A DNA stretch of 63,960 nucleotides, filler included, from Asterionella formosa (Eukaryota), in assembly GCA_002256025.1 (NCBI GenBank). It is 4 parts of 4 records of this genome, joined end to end, with 100 filler letters (N's around TTAATTAATTAA, not from the genome) between each part and the next. Parts side by side here need not be neighbours in the genome. Positions count along the whole stretch, not along the records: positions 20,932 to 41,732 come from NKIB01003241.1; 3 more parts are not named here. The stretch is one strand, 5' to 3'. The notes under the pieces are model-generated. The model searched no databases and was not told the origin of the DNA. It saw only the letters and a list, made by a program, of their open reading frames with translations. Of this stretch, positions 22,774 to 35,514 are shown in pieces; the first letter of the stretch is position 1; every line of letters starts with the position of its first letter. A program made the translations under genes and the position numbers.

Positions 22774-25014
22774 TTATCCTCTCACACTCGCATCCGTGTC
22801 GTCATCAGGTCCTTCGCCAAAGTCGCCCTTTCTCTCGCTAAGGGTTGCCGTCGCTGGATTTTTTAGAACAATTTTGCGACCTTCAATATTTGCATTTTCC
22901 TTCATAATCTTAACAAGTTCCCTAGGGCTCATACCCGCGTAGGACTTGGCCTCTGCGTCACTTTCCCCTGGAATATCCAAAGTGTCAACAACCATACCAA
23001 GTCGGAATATGCCCTTCACAGGAGAGGAATCGATCAAACGGGAAACCATGGGGGGCGTCCCCTTAAAGCTTACACCAATACTACCAGTAGGAAGGACCAC
23101 CGTCTTTTCATCAGGAAGGATCGTGTTTTTTTCGCTTGGTGTTTTCGTGGCAGGATTTTTGAGGAGGATCGTGCGCCCCTCCGAGTCCGCACTTTCCTTG
23201 AGGACAGCTACGAGCTCAGATGCCGAGAGACCAGAGAGGACGGTACCATCGCTAAGAGTTACCATATCCACAAAGAGTCCTACGGTCAACTCCTTCTTCA
23301 CTGGACAAGAAGCGTTTAATTTTACAACAATAGGAGGGGTTCCCTTGAACACAACGTCGAGTCGTCCAGCAGGAATAGCCACTTCCTTGGAGTCAGGCTT
23401 TTTGGTCATATTGCCCAAAGCAGGGTTCTTCAACAGTAAGACTATGCCCTCAGATTTGTTCTCGTTGACAAGGCGAACAAACCCAGCAGAGTTCAGCTCC
23501 ATGAACACTTGACCATCTGGAAGAGTGAGAGTGTCGATAGCGAGTCCGGCCATAATTTCACCTTTTAGAGGGGATTCGTCTTTGACTTTAGATATAATAG
23601 CAGGTGGTCCCTTCATTAACATGAAACCAAGTTTCTGACCGGCAGGGAGAGTTACTTCTTGTTCGTCCGGTAAAGGCATATCTTCCATCTTTGACATAAC
23701 AGCAGTAGCAGGATTCTTGAGAAGCACGACACGACTATTGCTTTCCATATTCTTGGTGAGAATTTGAGCAAGCGATTGCGTGTCTAGTTCGCATACTTTC
23801 ATTCCACCCTCCAGAGTAAGGACATCCACCACCATACCAGGTTTAAAAAATCCCTTCACTGGTGAGTCATCACTGACTGCGCCCACAATTGGAGGTTGTC
23901 CCGCGAGTCCCTTGAATGCCACCCCGACCTTTCCCGCTGGCAATCTCACCTCGATTTCGTCGGGAAGCGCATCATTCGAAAGCAGAATCCAGCCACCCTC
24001 CATCTCGGCGTTCTTGATGAGATCCATGGCTTCTTCAGATTCCAAACCGTCAAACTCAGAGCTGTCAGCAAGACAAATGGTTTGTACAACGAGTCCTGGG
24101 GATACTTTTCCTGCCAATGGAGAATCTTCAGCAACAGCAAAAACAGTTGCAGGGGTTCCAGCAAACGTCAAACCAAGCTCGCCAGCAGGAAGCATCACTT
24201 TAGTCGTGGGTTTTTTGGATAGGTTTTTAGATGAAGGGTTCTTGAGCACCATGGAGCGGCCTTTGGTTTCTGCGGTCTTGGCGAGAATAGAGGTAAGATC
24301 AGCTGGATCAAGGCCGAAACATGTTGTACCATCTGGAAAAGTCAATGAGTCCGCTACGAGACCCTCGCGGAATGCTCCCCGCATCGGCGAATCAGCCGTC
24401 ATCTCCCCAACAATGGTAAAAGGTTTTCCATTGAACGTTGTTCCAAGTTCTCCAGTGGGAAGCATGACTTCCTTGGATTGAGGGAGAGTGGTCGACCTAG
24501 GACTGAGGGTGGAGGAAGCGATTTTCTTTAAAGCAAGAACACGACCTTCGCTGGCGAAATCATCTTTGAGATATGCATGAAGCTCCTCCGTAGATAGTCC
24601 AGTATACTTGGTTCCATCTTCGAGGATGAGGGCGTCAACCACAAGACCCGGTCGGATCTTGGCGAGTAAAGACTCGTCGTGAATTTTCACGATCGTTGGA
24701 GGAGTTCCTTGGATAAGCAGGCCAATGTCACCAGCAGGGAGAGTCACTTGAGTGGCATCAGGAAGGACCATTTTGAGCTTCATCTTACGACCCTCCTCCC
24801 CCATGTGCTGGTTGAGCGTCTTGACCAACTCGGCAGTAGTTAAGTCCACAAACTCAGTTCCATCTTTGAGGTACAATCCATCGAACACGTAACCTTCCTT
24901 GATTTTTCCAACCAAGGGTGAGAACTCGGTGACAGCCACCACCACAGGTGGCGTACCCTTAAAAGTTACGCCAATTTTTCCGGGTGGAAGGGGGACTTTG
25001 CAAGCGGATACCAT
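22774..25014 (-). CDS. Protein made of 8 tandem PDZ-like domains (746 aa)
   Basis: Eight 80-95 aa units with consensus V.LP.G.LG..F.GTPP.V..V...SP..G....G.VVD.L...DG....GL...EL...L......GR.L.LKNP. First ATG at 25014. Confidence 0.8.
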   Translation of the reverse strand: MVSACKVPLPPGKIGVTFKGTPPVVVAVTEFSPLVGKIKEGYVFDGLYLKDGTEFVDLTTAELVKTLNQHMGEEGRKMKLKMVLPDATQVTLPAGDIGLLIQGTPPTIVKIHDESLLAKIRPGLVVDALILEDGTKYTGLSTEELHAYLKDDFASEGRVLALKKIASSTLSPRSTTLPQSKEVMLPTGELGTTFNGKPFTIVGEMTADSPMRGAFREGLVADSLTFPDGTTCFGLDPADLTSILAKTAETKGRSMVLKNPSSKNLSKKPTTKVMLPAGELGLTFAGTPATVFAVAEDSPLAGKVSPGLVVQTICLADSSEFDGLESEEAMDLIKNAEMEGGWILLSNDALPDEIEVRLPAGKVGVAFKGLAGQPPIVGAVSDDSPVKGFFKPGMVVDVLTLEGGMKVCELDTQSLAQILTKNMESNSRVVLLKNPATAVMSKMEDMPLPDEQEVTLPAGQKLGFMLMKGPPAIISKVKDESPLKGEIMAGLAIDTLTLPDGQVFMELNSAGFVRLVNENKSEGIVLLLKNPALGNMTKKPDSKEVAIPAGRLDVVFKGTPPIVVKLNASCPVKKELTVGLFVDMVTLSDGTVLSGLSASELVAVLKESADSEGRTILLKNPATKTPSEKNTILPDEKTVVLPTGSIGVSFKGTPPMVSRLIDSSPVKGIFRLGMVVDTLDIPGESDAEAKSYAGMSPRELVKIMKENANIEGRKIVLKNPATATLSERKGDFGEGPDDDTDASVRG

Positions 25015-25879
25015 GGCTCGACCGCGGACGCAACAAAAACAGTTTATTGTGATCGGTTGCTTATAAAGTGCACAACAGAATCCGGTATGTACAGGTGACT
25101 GACTACCCTGGTCCCTGGTACCAGGTACCCTGGTACCTGGTACCCTGTGCTGTCCCAAAGCTATACATACAAGCCAACAAAGCAATAACAACCAACACTC
25201 TACGTAAGTGTGTAATCGTAATGCTAACAATAAGCATCCTTTGCTATATCATACATACAATAATTGCCCACAGTACACCGTTTGTGTGGTACCTGGTGCC
25301 AGTCTAGGTACACATAATACCACGTGACGCACCCGCCACGCCGAACACATCTTCCAGCATGTTCATATGTTATGTGTCCTCAGGGGTGGTACCTGGTACG
25401 CTGGTCGATCAGCCGCCGATTCACCATGTCCAGAATATTTGGTAGAGTATATAGATACCGGTAGCAATATTGTGAATACCGGTATATACCGGTAATAGAT
25501 TTAAATTGTTGCATTACTCAATAAAGACCCCATAAAAAGTACACATTCACAAATGCTGCTGATTGCCATAATTGACCATCCTCATGAACATCCGCACGTA
25601 GCCTGTGTGTATGGATTCTAGAAATACCGGTGTGTACTGCCCTGGGGAGGCACGGGAAACTCCGTACTTCCTCACAACGTAAAAAATTCCGTAGGTGTAT
25701 CGTGCACAGGCCTCGCCTCATTTTTTCCAAATCTCTTGCTTGTGAAATTCTAGTCACACATTCTTCTGCGAAGTTAACATACTTCTTGAAAAGTACCCAC
25801 AACTGTGCGAGTTTGAGCTCTGACATGGCATGAAACAGCCGTGAGAAACAAAAATACCTTTTACAGTGTATTGGTGGGA

Positions 25880-26103
25880 TCCATTACAAGGTGAAAAAGT
25901 AATTTACCAAAACCAGGTTGACCTTGAATTGGCTAGTTTCGTTGTAAGGGTTGCACATCTGTGCTCTCGCCAATACAAGGAAATATTCTATTTTTTCAAA
26001 TACAACGCATTTCACGAAATTACCGGAATTTTTTTCAATACAAGGTATGAATAGTTTCTCCGAAATAGGGTTTATACCAGGTGAACCTTGCACCTTGTAT
26101 TGG
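25880..26103. repeat. Second CCAATACAAGG motif array
   Basis: CCAATACAAGG at 25970-25980, CAATACAAGG near 26036 and CCTTGTATTGG at 26093-26103. Confidence 0.6.
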
Positions 26104-26232
26104 TTTAATCATCAGCTATTTCTCCTGGTATCCTTGGCCTTTTGCATACGTCTGCAAATGAACGAATGATTCTGATTGCAATTTCTTTTTCATGTTGCTC
26201 GTTTCTGCATTTGGCATGCTGTACTTGTATTT

Positions 26233-26666
26233 ACTATTGAACTTGTCCGCATCTTTGATACCATCAAGAGAGCAAAAGCAAGTGGCTCTCTTCATCGTTG
26301 TTTGCTCGTAGGAAATATTTGATATCCGTATCGTCATTTGCTTGTTGGAACTGTCCGTTGCCTCAAACCTGCTTGGCGTGTGCGTACACACACTGCTGAA
26401 TTGTTTTCATTGGTATGTTGTTCTTGTATTCACTGTTGAACTTGTCCGCATCTTTGTTACAATCAATAGAGCGACAAGTGGCTCTCTTCATTGTTGTTTG
26501 CTCCTGGAAAGGTCGGTGTCCATGCCATCCTCATCAATAGAGGGACAAGTGTCCTTCATCATTGCGGTTTGCCGCTGGAAAAATTGGTACCCGTGGTATC
26601 GTTATTCGCTTGTTGGAACCACTGGCCGTTGCCTCAAACCTGATTAGCGTGTGTGTATGCGCACTG
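26233..26666. repeat. Diverged internal direct duplication (about 200-270 bp period)
   Basis: TTGAACTTGTCCGCATCTTTG...AAGTGGCTCTCTTCAT occurs near 26237 and 26436. CCGTTGCCTCAAACCTG occurs near 26355 and 26626. Confidence 0.8.
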
Positions 26667-26887
26667 TCGACTTGTTTACATTACAGGAGTGACTTAGCTA
26701 CTAAAGTGCGTGCTATAATATCATACTCCGTAGTACGATGCAGAATACTACAGTTCCCAATCATCTCATCATGATTGATAAGATGATAATGTGATATCAT
26801 GATAGGTTTACATCGATGCATACATCACCAAAGTATGATACATAATGATATTGAATAAAGTATATCACATAGCTATGATGCATTGAT

Positions 26888-27232
26888 ACTACTCCGACTG
26901 CTCTCTTTCAATTTTACGATCATAAAATCCTAAAACTGTGATGATTTACTGTCCCATGGCGGTAGCAACAGTCATGAACATATGGTGTTCTGTTGCTCGC
27001 TTACTACTACAACTATCTTTTTTCAATTTTATGATCTTATGCTCCTGAAACTATGATGATTTAATGTCCCGCTGCAGTAGCAGCAGTCATGAACATATGG
27101 TGCTCTGTTGCTTGCTCACTACTCCGACTATTCTTTTTCAATTTTATGATCATACGATCCTAAAACTATGATGATTTACTGTCCTACTGCAGTAGCAACA
27201 GTCATAAACATATGGTGTTCTGTTGCTTGCTT
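26888..27232. repeat. Tandem repeat, 3 x 115 bp
   Basis: Units start at 26888, 27003 and 27118 (ACTACT...TTTCAATTTTA.GATC...CATATGGTG.TCTGTTGCT.GCT). Confidence 0.92.
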
Positions 27233-29699
27233 ACTACCTGGTACCCCCAGTATATCACTTCCTACCTGCTACTGGTACTCTGTAAATATATGATAAAATG
27301 TTATTGTCATATGATGTACCGGTACACATGAAGAACTCCCGCCCAAAAAGGGGCTTAAACAATTTGAAACCAAAATCCTTACGTTTAAATAATGATACAA
27401 ATGGGTTATGACTTAGTAAACCAATTGAATGGTCTAAATAATAAGTTCCAACGGACGTAGAAAATATTGATGCAAAAAAATTTCAAGAAAACAGTACCGG
27501 CAGTCATGGAAAACAATGGACATAGCTATCGTGCATTGAATATTTTCGAATTATCTATTTACAAATGTGATCATCTCAACAATACCAGACGTTCCATATT
27601 GAGAGTGCCTTTGATTTTTATAAATGTACGACACTTGGTATATTTATAAACATACAAATTTTATAACTATATACATGGCAAATATATTTGAAATCGTTCT
27701 GTCATGTTAACAAACAATGCCTGCTTCATGAAAAGAAATATTGTAGTAAAGCACATGACAAGAAAGGAAAGTTTACGCAATAACGAAAAGCATTGTGGCT
27801 TCGACACATTGCGCCTTCGAAGGATTGAGTATGTTTAAGGTAATGAAGCCATCAATGTGGTACTTGGATGACAATCGTTGGGAGGCAGGACAAAAACAAA
27901 TTGTAAACTAAACGCACATTTCCTTTTTTCTCAGTTGATTCAACAGCTCGTTTTGCTTGTTGGGGCGGAGCACCAATGTAAAACAAAAAAATTGGTAAGT
28001 GCTCTTGTCGTTGGACTTATTCACTTCTGATGGAACATAATTGACGGACACGCCACTTTACCTTCTCTCAAAGTTATGCTAACGAAAATGAATCGATAAG
28101 TTTTATTTGGCATTATTGGAAACCTGAAACTTACTTATTCAAGAATTTACTGACAATTTACTATTACAGACTTATGCATCACTTGCTTTGATTTGGCTGT
28201 GGTAAGTGAAGCAAGCAAGAGGATACGATGGAATGGCGTGATGTTGTGTCAGTGTAACACGTGTAGCTAACAAGTTGTTCCTTCTCATTGTTACTGTAGT
28301 AACTGCATAGGACAATAGAACCGATCAAACAACAGAATAGTCGGCGAGTTCAGAATGACACTAACAGCAGGGAGAGAGACGCAACATTAGAAAGGCATTG
28401 CTTGGCACAAGATTCAGAAAAGAGGAAGAAAAGGGCGAGACAGGAACAATATACATTGAGCCGAGTAGAGAGAGAAATATTGGTTCGCTGGCATGCAGAA
28501 TAATAGATAGCATTGCTAAATTTGATAGTTAAATTACGATCCATTTCAATCTATTTTGAACAATGCTTGTGATTAGAATTATGATCATGTTTATGATAGA
28601 TTTACGATGAAACAATTCACATGATAGCATAGAGTTGAGCTGATTTTAGGATGCATTGTAGTAATAATTTACATCAAGTAATCACGAGAATTGAAAATTA
28701 TATGAGAAGGTTTATGATGTTGATGAGTAATGTTGTTGATCAGTTGATATACATTGTGTGATGATAATGTTCTTATTATCATTATACATCAAGGTCGGTA
28801 AAATATTAATAAATCATCATGGTTATAGGATACCTTGATCATAGTTTTGATCCAAAAATTATCATAAATACGCAAATCCGGTGCCACTTAGCGTACGATA
28901 CCCTTGATCCTATATGCATGATACTTTTTATTTGCAGACATACTTTTGTGAACTTCATGTTCGTTTCCGTTCATTTTAGAAAACATGATGCAATGTCAAG
29001 TTTAGATAAAACACAATTTTTGTATGTGTCTATGTGTGCTTCAGAGTTTCTGGCACCTCCCAAATGCCGAAATTTTGTCCTGGAAGAAAACTCTGAATTT
29101 CGCTGCTGCTGTGCTTCTTGAAAATAATAAGTTGAACAAACTGTTGCATAGCTAGCATTCTCTAAACACAACTTCAAAGTACACTCAGCACATTACTCCT
29201 AGTATGATTTCACAGCATAAATGGCAGGGTGGAGCACCAATCTATTGATCAGAATATGATAGATGTGAAGGAACATTTAGACTTCATGCAAGTTTTGCTA
29301 ATACTTTCTTACCATTTTGCAAAATGGCAATAACCATTGGATCACCATCAATTTATGGAATAAAATTTCCAGTACTAGTGCCACAACTGCTTGAAACCAT
29401 TGTCTCAGTATACATTTTTCAAAAAGCAGTGTTCCACTTCATACTATGAATCTCTTCCCCCCTTTAAAAGTCACAGCAAGTTTAAATACCAAGATAGTAG
29501 TCCTTGCATTGCTCAAGAGCAACAAGGACGTTTTCTTTTGAAATCAGAGGTGCATGCAGGAGCCCTTGAATTTTGCTCTGGTACCAAAAGTCTTTTCATA
29601 ATCTTCTTGAATTAATCTAACACCACTCATGCCATCCTTTCCTTACAAGAACTTGCTATCCTTTCCTTACAAGAGTATCTTGCTCCTCACCATTGGCAT

Positions 29700-30760
29700 C
29701 ATCAGCACCATTCTCCATTATGACAGACCCAGTCTCAGCAAAACTAAGCGAGATCATGGTTATCTGAAAAATTTATCGGACCAATTTATTCCTTTCATCT
29801 CCCATATGCCATAAAAACAGTAAGCAAAAGCTACAGTGCAAAGTGGGAACTACCTTTCAACTGGAACCCTCCAGAATAAGCCATCATGAGGATTCAAAAA
29901 CATTTGGGAGGATGATTTCTGATTGGTTGGAGTTGTTATGTTTGATGCTGTATAATCTTGTTGCTAATTGGTCTAGTCGCTCAGTCAATCTAAGGAGCTT
30001 TTGACCAGCCAAAAATTAATTCCATGTTTGCCTCTAATCAACATTCAAAATTCCTAAGCAATGAAGGACCAAGTCGGAGAAAGTCATCTCTTATTTGCCT
30101 TATGGCAGAAAGGTGAGCATTGTGTGGAGGAATGCCTGTCAACATAATTGCAAAAAATCTTTGTCTTAAAGTGTTTATCAAAGAACAACAACCTGATCTG
30201 AAAGTGCTGCAATATCATTTGATTCTCTATACACTTCTGTTAATAACATTGATGATGATTTCTCCTTCTCACTTTTGTAGATTCTCCATATGATTCAACA
30301 CACAAGCAAGACCCATTTGTAGAAATGGGATAAGAACAACTTGTCGACAATTCACATCATTAATTAAGGGGGCCCATAATCTAGTAAGAACCTTTCCATC
30401 AAGTATCAGCTGGTCATTGATGGCATTATCATCATTACATCGGGATTTCACCCAAAAATCTGGTGCAGAAACAGCAAACCATGTTGAGAGTATAGGTAAA
30501 CCAGCGAAAATGCGACCAACAAAATGGTCAAATGCTTTTTCATACATCATGTACTTATGTCTGACAGTGCCTAGCTAGTGTCCAACCCCCATGGTTGTTT
30601 ATGCATGGCATCACTTGATGGGCTTGTTGTTGATCCCCCGCCTCTGTAGGCATAAGTTTTGCACCTTTGGGGCATAGGCTGTGGGTGCCTAGTTCATCAA
30701 TGTCATAGCCATCCAAATTACCCTCATGATTCTAAAATAGTTTTCTTTTGGATAGTCCAT
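29700..30760 (-). mobile_element. Degenerate Crypton (CryptonS-like) tyrosine-recombinase transposon
   Basis: Across frameshifts the minus strand reads GYDIDELGTHSL..KGA, GGSTTSPS, GGWTL, KYMMYEKAFDHFVGRIFAGLPILSTWFAVSAPDF, and downstream FWRVP..WHMGD. This matches the stramenopile Crypton pattern GTHSxRKG...GWS.G....Y..YE.AGDQFVGR...GLP as I recall it. Confidence 0.7.
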
Positions 30761-31296
30761 TTGGGTTGATGACATTGATTGCCACACTGATTCTGTCTCA
30801 AAAATAGCTACATTAGTGGAGAGGTCACAATAGAAATTTTCATTTCTGAAGCAATTTCAAGTGCCGCAAATTCATACCTAAAAGTTGAGGACTAGCCATA
30901 TATTGTCATTTGGAATACTTTTTTTGATATGCCATTGAGAAATGAGATACTATCTCCATAGTAGTTGACATACTAGTTGCACACAGTTGCCTTGATAATT
31001 GGAAGGGCTCTGATAGTTACATCTTCCTGGACACTCGAATAGAATTCTTTCCGGTTTCCGAGGTCCATGCTACATAGGTGTGACCAATTCACATTCATGA
31101 TAGGCTGTGACGTTTAGAGATTTTCTTGGTATCTGTCATCATGCCAACAGAGGCCTCTGGAGCCATCTGCCAAAACAGTACCTCTACCAGTAGATGGGCA
31201 AAGCCTGAACACAAGGGGAACTATGAATCAAGTAAAAATGAACAATAAACCTGCTAAATATAGCAGCAAGTAGAAAGAGGGAATAATGGTCCAATT

Positions 31297-34200
31297 CTAT
31301 AGGTAAAGTGAACTACAAAAGACAATATCCCGTTTGATCAATTCGGATCCCTTTTCAAACTTGGCCTGTAACTCGTGATTTCCTATTGCTTTCGCTGCGG
31401 CAGCTATTTGGCGAACGAGTTCTTCTAACCGTCTCAACGTCCGGATTGTTGTTCCTTCAAATGAGTTTGTCATTTTCTGGACTTCAATAAATTTAGCCCC
31501 TTTGCACCATGCAAACACTGCCTCCATCCTATGTGAAGGGCAACAAGAAATGTTAGAAATTAAAACGCAGCTTGGCAAAGCATATGTAACAAGGAATGCT
31601 TAGAGAGTATGGTCGCGTTGTGTTCTTCAATGAATTCAGATCGCCCCCGTAATGCATCCTGCAAGCTCCAATGCAGAACATCGCGGCTCGAACAAAATGC
31701 TGAGAACGACGAAAAAAGTATAATCATTGCATTCTGATGACAACGAAAATGTTCCAGGCAGACTCTACTTACATTCCAGGGTTGAATTGGTTGACAAACG
31801 CATCCTCGTCCAATTCAATTTTGCATGCAATAACAGCCTTTGCAACATTTCGGCCAACTTCCTGCAGCTTGTAAAATGGGTTTGATAGATAGGACTTCAA
31901 ATCCTTCGCTGGATCACCGTCATCATCATTTCGTTCATCATATGTCATGCATGACAGCAAGGCAACAGATTGCTCGACACTTAAATCATTGAACACTCCG
32001 GTGAAGATTAGCTCAACAACAACAAGTTCGTTGGCAGTGTTGACTTCGCATGCGGTTCGACCCTTGGTTTGAATAACACCATTCGCATCCACGTGTCCTA
32101 GACGGCGAAGAACTTTCTTCATCTTTTTTAAGTCGTCCTTCATGGCCACTGTTTGGCAGGACCGAGCTTCTTCTCGGACAGCTTTTGCCTGGTTGGTATA
32201 CTCGGCGCGTTTCTCAAATGCTTGAACACGCGCCAGTTTCTCGTGCTCCTCAATGTCAGTAGAGAGCGAATGAGCCGCCATTCGCTTGGTCAAATCTTCT
32301 GCACGCGCTAATAATGGTACAAACTCTTCGTCAGAGATTTTCATGTCCTTGATAGGATCTAGATGAGGAATTTCACCTTTAAGTCGAACTTTCACTTCCT
32401 TGAATATTAAACCAATGGATTTGCGCTTCTCGGGGGAATTCACATCACTGGGAACAAATATTTTGACTGCTGAAATTCCCTCAATGTGATCAAAATCAAT
32501 TGTGAAGATTCGAGTTGAAATCAGGCCCTCGTCATCACTATCGTTCACTGGGCGGCAGTGCCTAGCAGATCCTCGCCACAGGAGGTTGGAATTGTCGGCA
32601 TCTTCGGACTTTTCCTCGCCTATCACATTGTCAAAGTGCCTGTCTATGCACGGCAGCAAGACATCCAAAGAGTAGAGCGGAACAGAGGATGCCAATGCAA
32701 GCTTGCCAGCTGCTCCTGCACTTCCAGTTCCTGACTTCTTTTTGCATGAGACCAACGCTCCCCAGCCAAAGTTCTCGCCGTCAATCGTCACATTTAAATA
32801 CCGACCAGAAGTGAGGAACTTGAGAATATTCTCCGGTTTTCGAACTATCTTCATCAGCTTCCGCCGAGTCACAAGTAGTTGCTGATCCATTGTATAGTAC
32901 TCTGATATGGCCTTCAGTTGGTCAGAGGGCCCAACGTCAATTGTAGCCGCTTTGGCTTCTAATTCTTCTGCCTGCATAATGAGTCCAGGAACCTCCTTTT
33001 CGCGCTGAAACTGATGAAAGCTCGCTCTCAACAAGTACTCAGGGTCAACGTCTTCCACTCTCATCATATTTAACAACATGTTGTAGGATATTCTGTAGCT
33101 TGAATTCAAGGGATCAGGGTCGCCGTACAAAATGCCCTTACAAATAGCAGGTTCCATCTTTTCATCGAGCATCTGAATGACGATACCACGATCATCTTTT
33201 CCACGACGACCCGCTCGACCAGACATTTGAATGTATTCTCCAGATGTCACCCACCGAAAGTCCTTTCCATCCCACTTGCGAGTGTTCGTGAATACAACCG
33301 TCTTGGCTGGCATGTTGATACCAATAGAAAATGTTTCAGTTGCAAACAAGGCCTTGATGAGACCCTCACTGAATAAGATCTCCACGATTTCCTTCAGAAT
33401 GGGAAGAAGGCCACCATGATGAATTCCGATCCCCCTCTTCAACAATGGCAAGAGTGCAACAACTTGCGGAAGGTTTCTGTCGTCCTCACTTAGTGACTCA
33501 ATTGCATTTGTGTATACTTGCGATATCAAATCCTTCTCGATATCATCTGTGTAGTCCTCCTTGTGGAGATCTAAGGCATACTTCTCACAGTCCTTCTTGG
33601 AGAAAGAAAAGATAATAACTGGATTAAGATTGCGATCCATGATAAGCTTAACAATCCGAAACAAATCTGATCCACCCGACTTAGTTCCATTAGGTCCTCG
33701 CTTCCTCTTTTTTCCCTGTTTCGCATTGCCGCTTCCCAGCATGGCATCTGCAGTCGCAGCGTCAACGCTTGACCCTTGCAAGGTTGCCATGGCCTGTTGA
33801 AAGTTCTTCTCTCGAAACTTGCCCCTCTCATCCACTACCAAATGTAGACCATCTCCTCCCTGTGGGTATATATAATGTTGCAAGGGTGTTGGTCGGTAGT
33901 TCGTGTACAACACATGACAAGGTTGATGGTGGATCTCAGCGATCCAATCGGCAAATTGTGAAGCGTTTGGAATCGTCGCGGACAGAAAGACAAAGCGGAC
34001 TTTGTGGGGCAACAGAATGATACTTTCTTCCCAGACAACCCCACGCTCACTGTCGCGCATGTAATGAACTTCATCGTAAATGACCCATGCAACTTCTCGC
34101 ATCAATTCACTGCCCCGATACAACATGGAACGCAAAATCTCTGTGGTCATTACCAGCGCTGTGGCAGTGGGGTTGATGGTAATATCCCCCGTCATTAGGC

Positions 34201-34816
34201 CAACATCACTAAACTCTTCTTGCAGATCCCGAAACTTCTGATTCGAAAGCGCCTTAATGGGTGAGGTGTAGACAACCCGCTTTCCCTCGCGAAGGGATTT
34301 AGCCACGGCATACTCCGCGACAGCGGTCTTTCCTGCGGACGTGTGAGCTGCAACCAAAACAGATTCTTCTCTGTCAATGTATTCGATCGCTTGCTGCTGA
34401 AATGGATCAAGCGGAAACTTGTAAGTCTTTGCAGGTTCTGTCGGGGGTTCCACCTTGGGCAGAGTCATGCCAGGAGGAAGGTTGTGAGGGTAGGCCGAGT
34501 AGCTGCGAACAGACTTGTCGTGAGAAGTTCCAGTGGCGATCTCCTTCGTGACCTCTTTGTCTTCATCCTCCTTCCTTTCAGCAGCGACCCCCGTTTCTTT
34601 CTCATCTTCTTTCATTTGCGATGCTATCGGTCTGGACATGACGCTGGTGTAAACAGACGATTTGGAATCGCCAGTTTCCGCGTTGATAGCCTCGTCATTT
34701 TCAGCTTCTGATTCATCATGTGCTGCTGTCTGGTCAACATTCTTCTCCTCTTCCTCGTCGTTTTCGGCAACGCTGTCGTCGAAGGCCCCGAAAAGATCGT
34801 CGAGATCTTCTGACAT
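31297..34816 (-). CDS. MTR4: Ski2-like RNA helicase MTR4 (exosome cofactor), 2 exons: 34816-31773 and 31528-31297
   Basis: Motifs AHTSAGKT, DEVH, LSATIPN and QMSGRAGRRG, plus the arch region and C-terminal DSHCT. Removing the intron 31529-31772 (gtaagt...catag) gives NPGMMEAVFAWCKGAKF. Confidence 0.95.
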
Positions 34817-35514
34817 GATGGAAATAAAAATAAAAATACTCCTGAAATCAGATTTGGATAAAAGCAAAACGGAAATAATATCCACCTTATGCTTCACGGA
34901 GTTTTCGGCTGAGTGGTGATAGACGAGTGAGGCCACCGCATCCAATCGCCGCGCGCAGGACAAGAATGGCTGTGGTAAATGGCAGCAGAAGTACGACACG
35001 TACCTGGTACCTGGTATATTGTAGGACGTACCAGTATGTACCGGTAAGTAGGTGCTGGCTTGGTGGCGTCCAGTTCAATCTGAAACATCCCGGTACCAGG
35101 TAGTAGCAATTGAATCACGTGTGCCCATATAATGAAAACTTACTGTATATACCGTGTATGGGTTATGTACAGTATATGCCGGTAGCAGGCAGAAGAAGCA
35201 ACGATGGACGAAGCCGTACTAATTACGCTATAGATTATAATAGTATGTAGCTCGCAAGAAGAGAGCAATACATGCAGATAAGCATAGGCCCTCTGCTACC
35301 GGATTATAGTACCTGGTACCGGGGTCGTATGTCATAACTTTTGCTTTGTTGGGTCGAATACGAAGGCCATCACAGTGTCAGTCAGCGCCTGTGTTCTTGT
35401 CAACTCTACAATATATTTGCACTTGACTGTGTCATTCACCAGTCCATACTTTGCCAAAATACCTGGTACCAGGTAGTCATCGTCTATGGTCTTGTCTTCG
35501 AGCAATGGGCAAGC

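Larger units (their letters stand above)
26150..28939. mobile_element. Putative non-autonomous DNA transposon (10-bp TIR, 4-bp TSD ATAC)
   Basis: GTCTGCAAAT at 26150-26159 and ATTTGCAGAC at 28930-28939, with ATAC on both outer sides. The right end coincides with the end of homology to the copy at 41001-41732. No long ORF inside. Confidence 0.6.

Noticed and set aside
25015..25230. N-terminal ORF extensions of the PDZ, MTR4, Arb2-like, Rab, Lon-N and RluD ORFs
   Set aside because: Most start at non-ATG codons or run through the motif arrays (giving VPGTR-type peptides). Downstream ATGs give better starts.
26888..27232. 115-bp repeats (and the 60-bp repeats at 44364-44611) as a CRISPR array
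   Set aside because: The units are contiguous with no unique spacers, there are no cas genes, and the context is eukaryotic.
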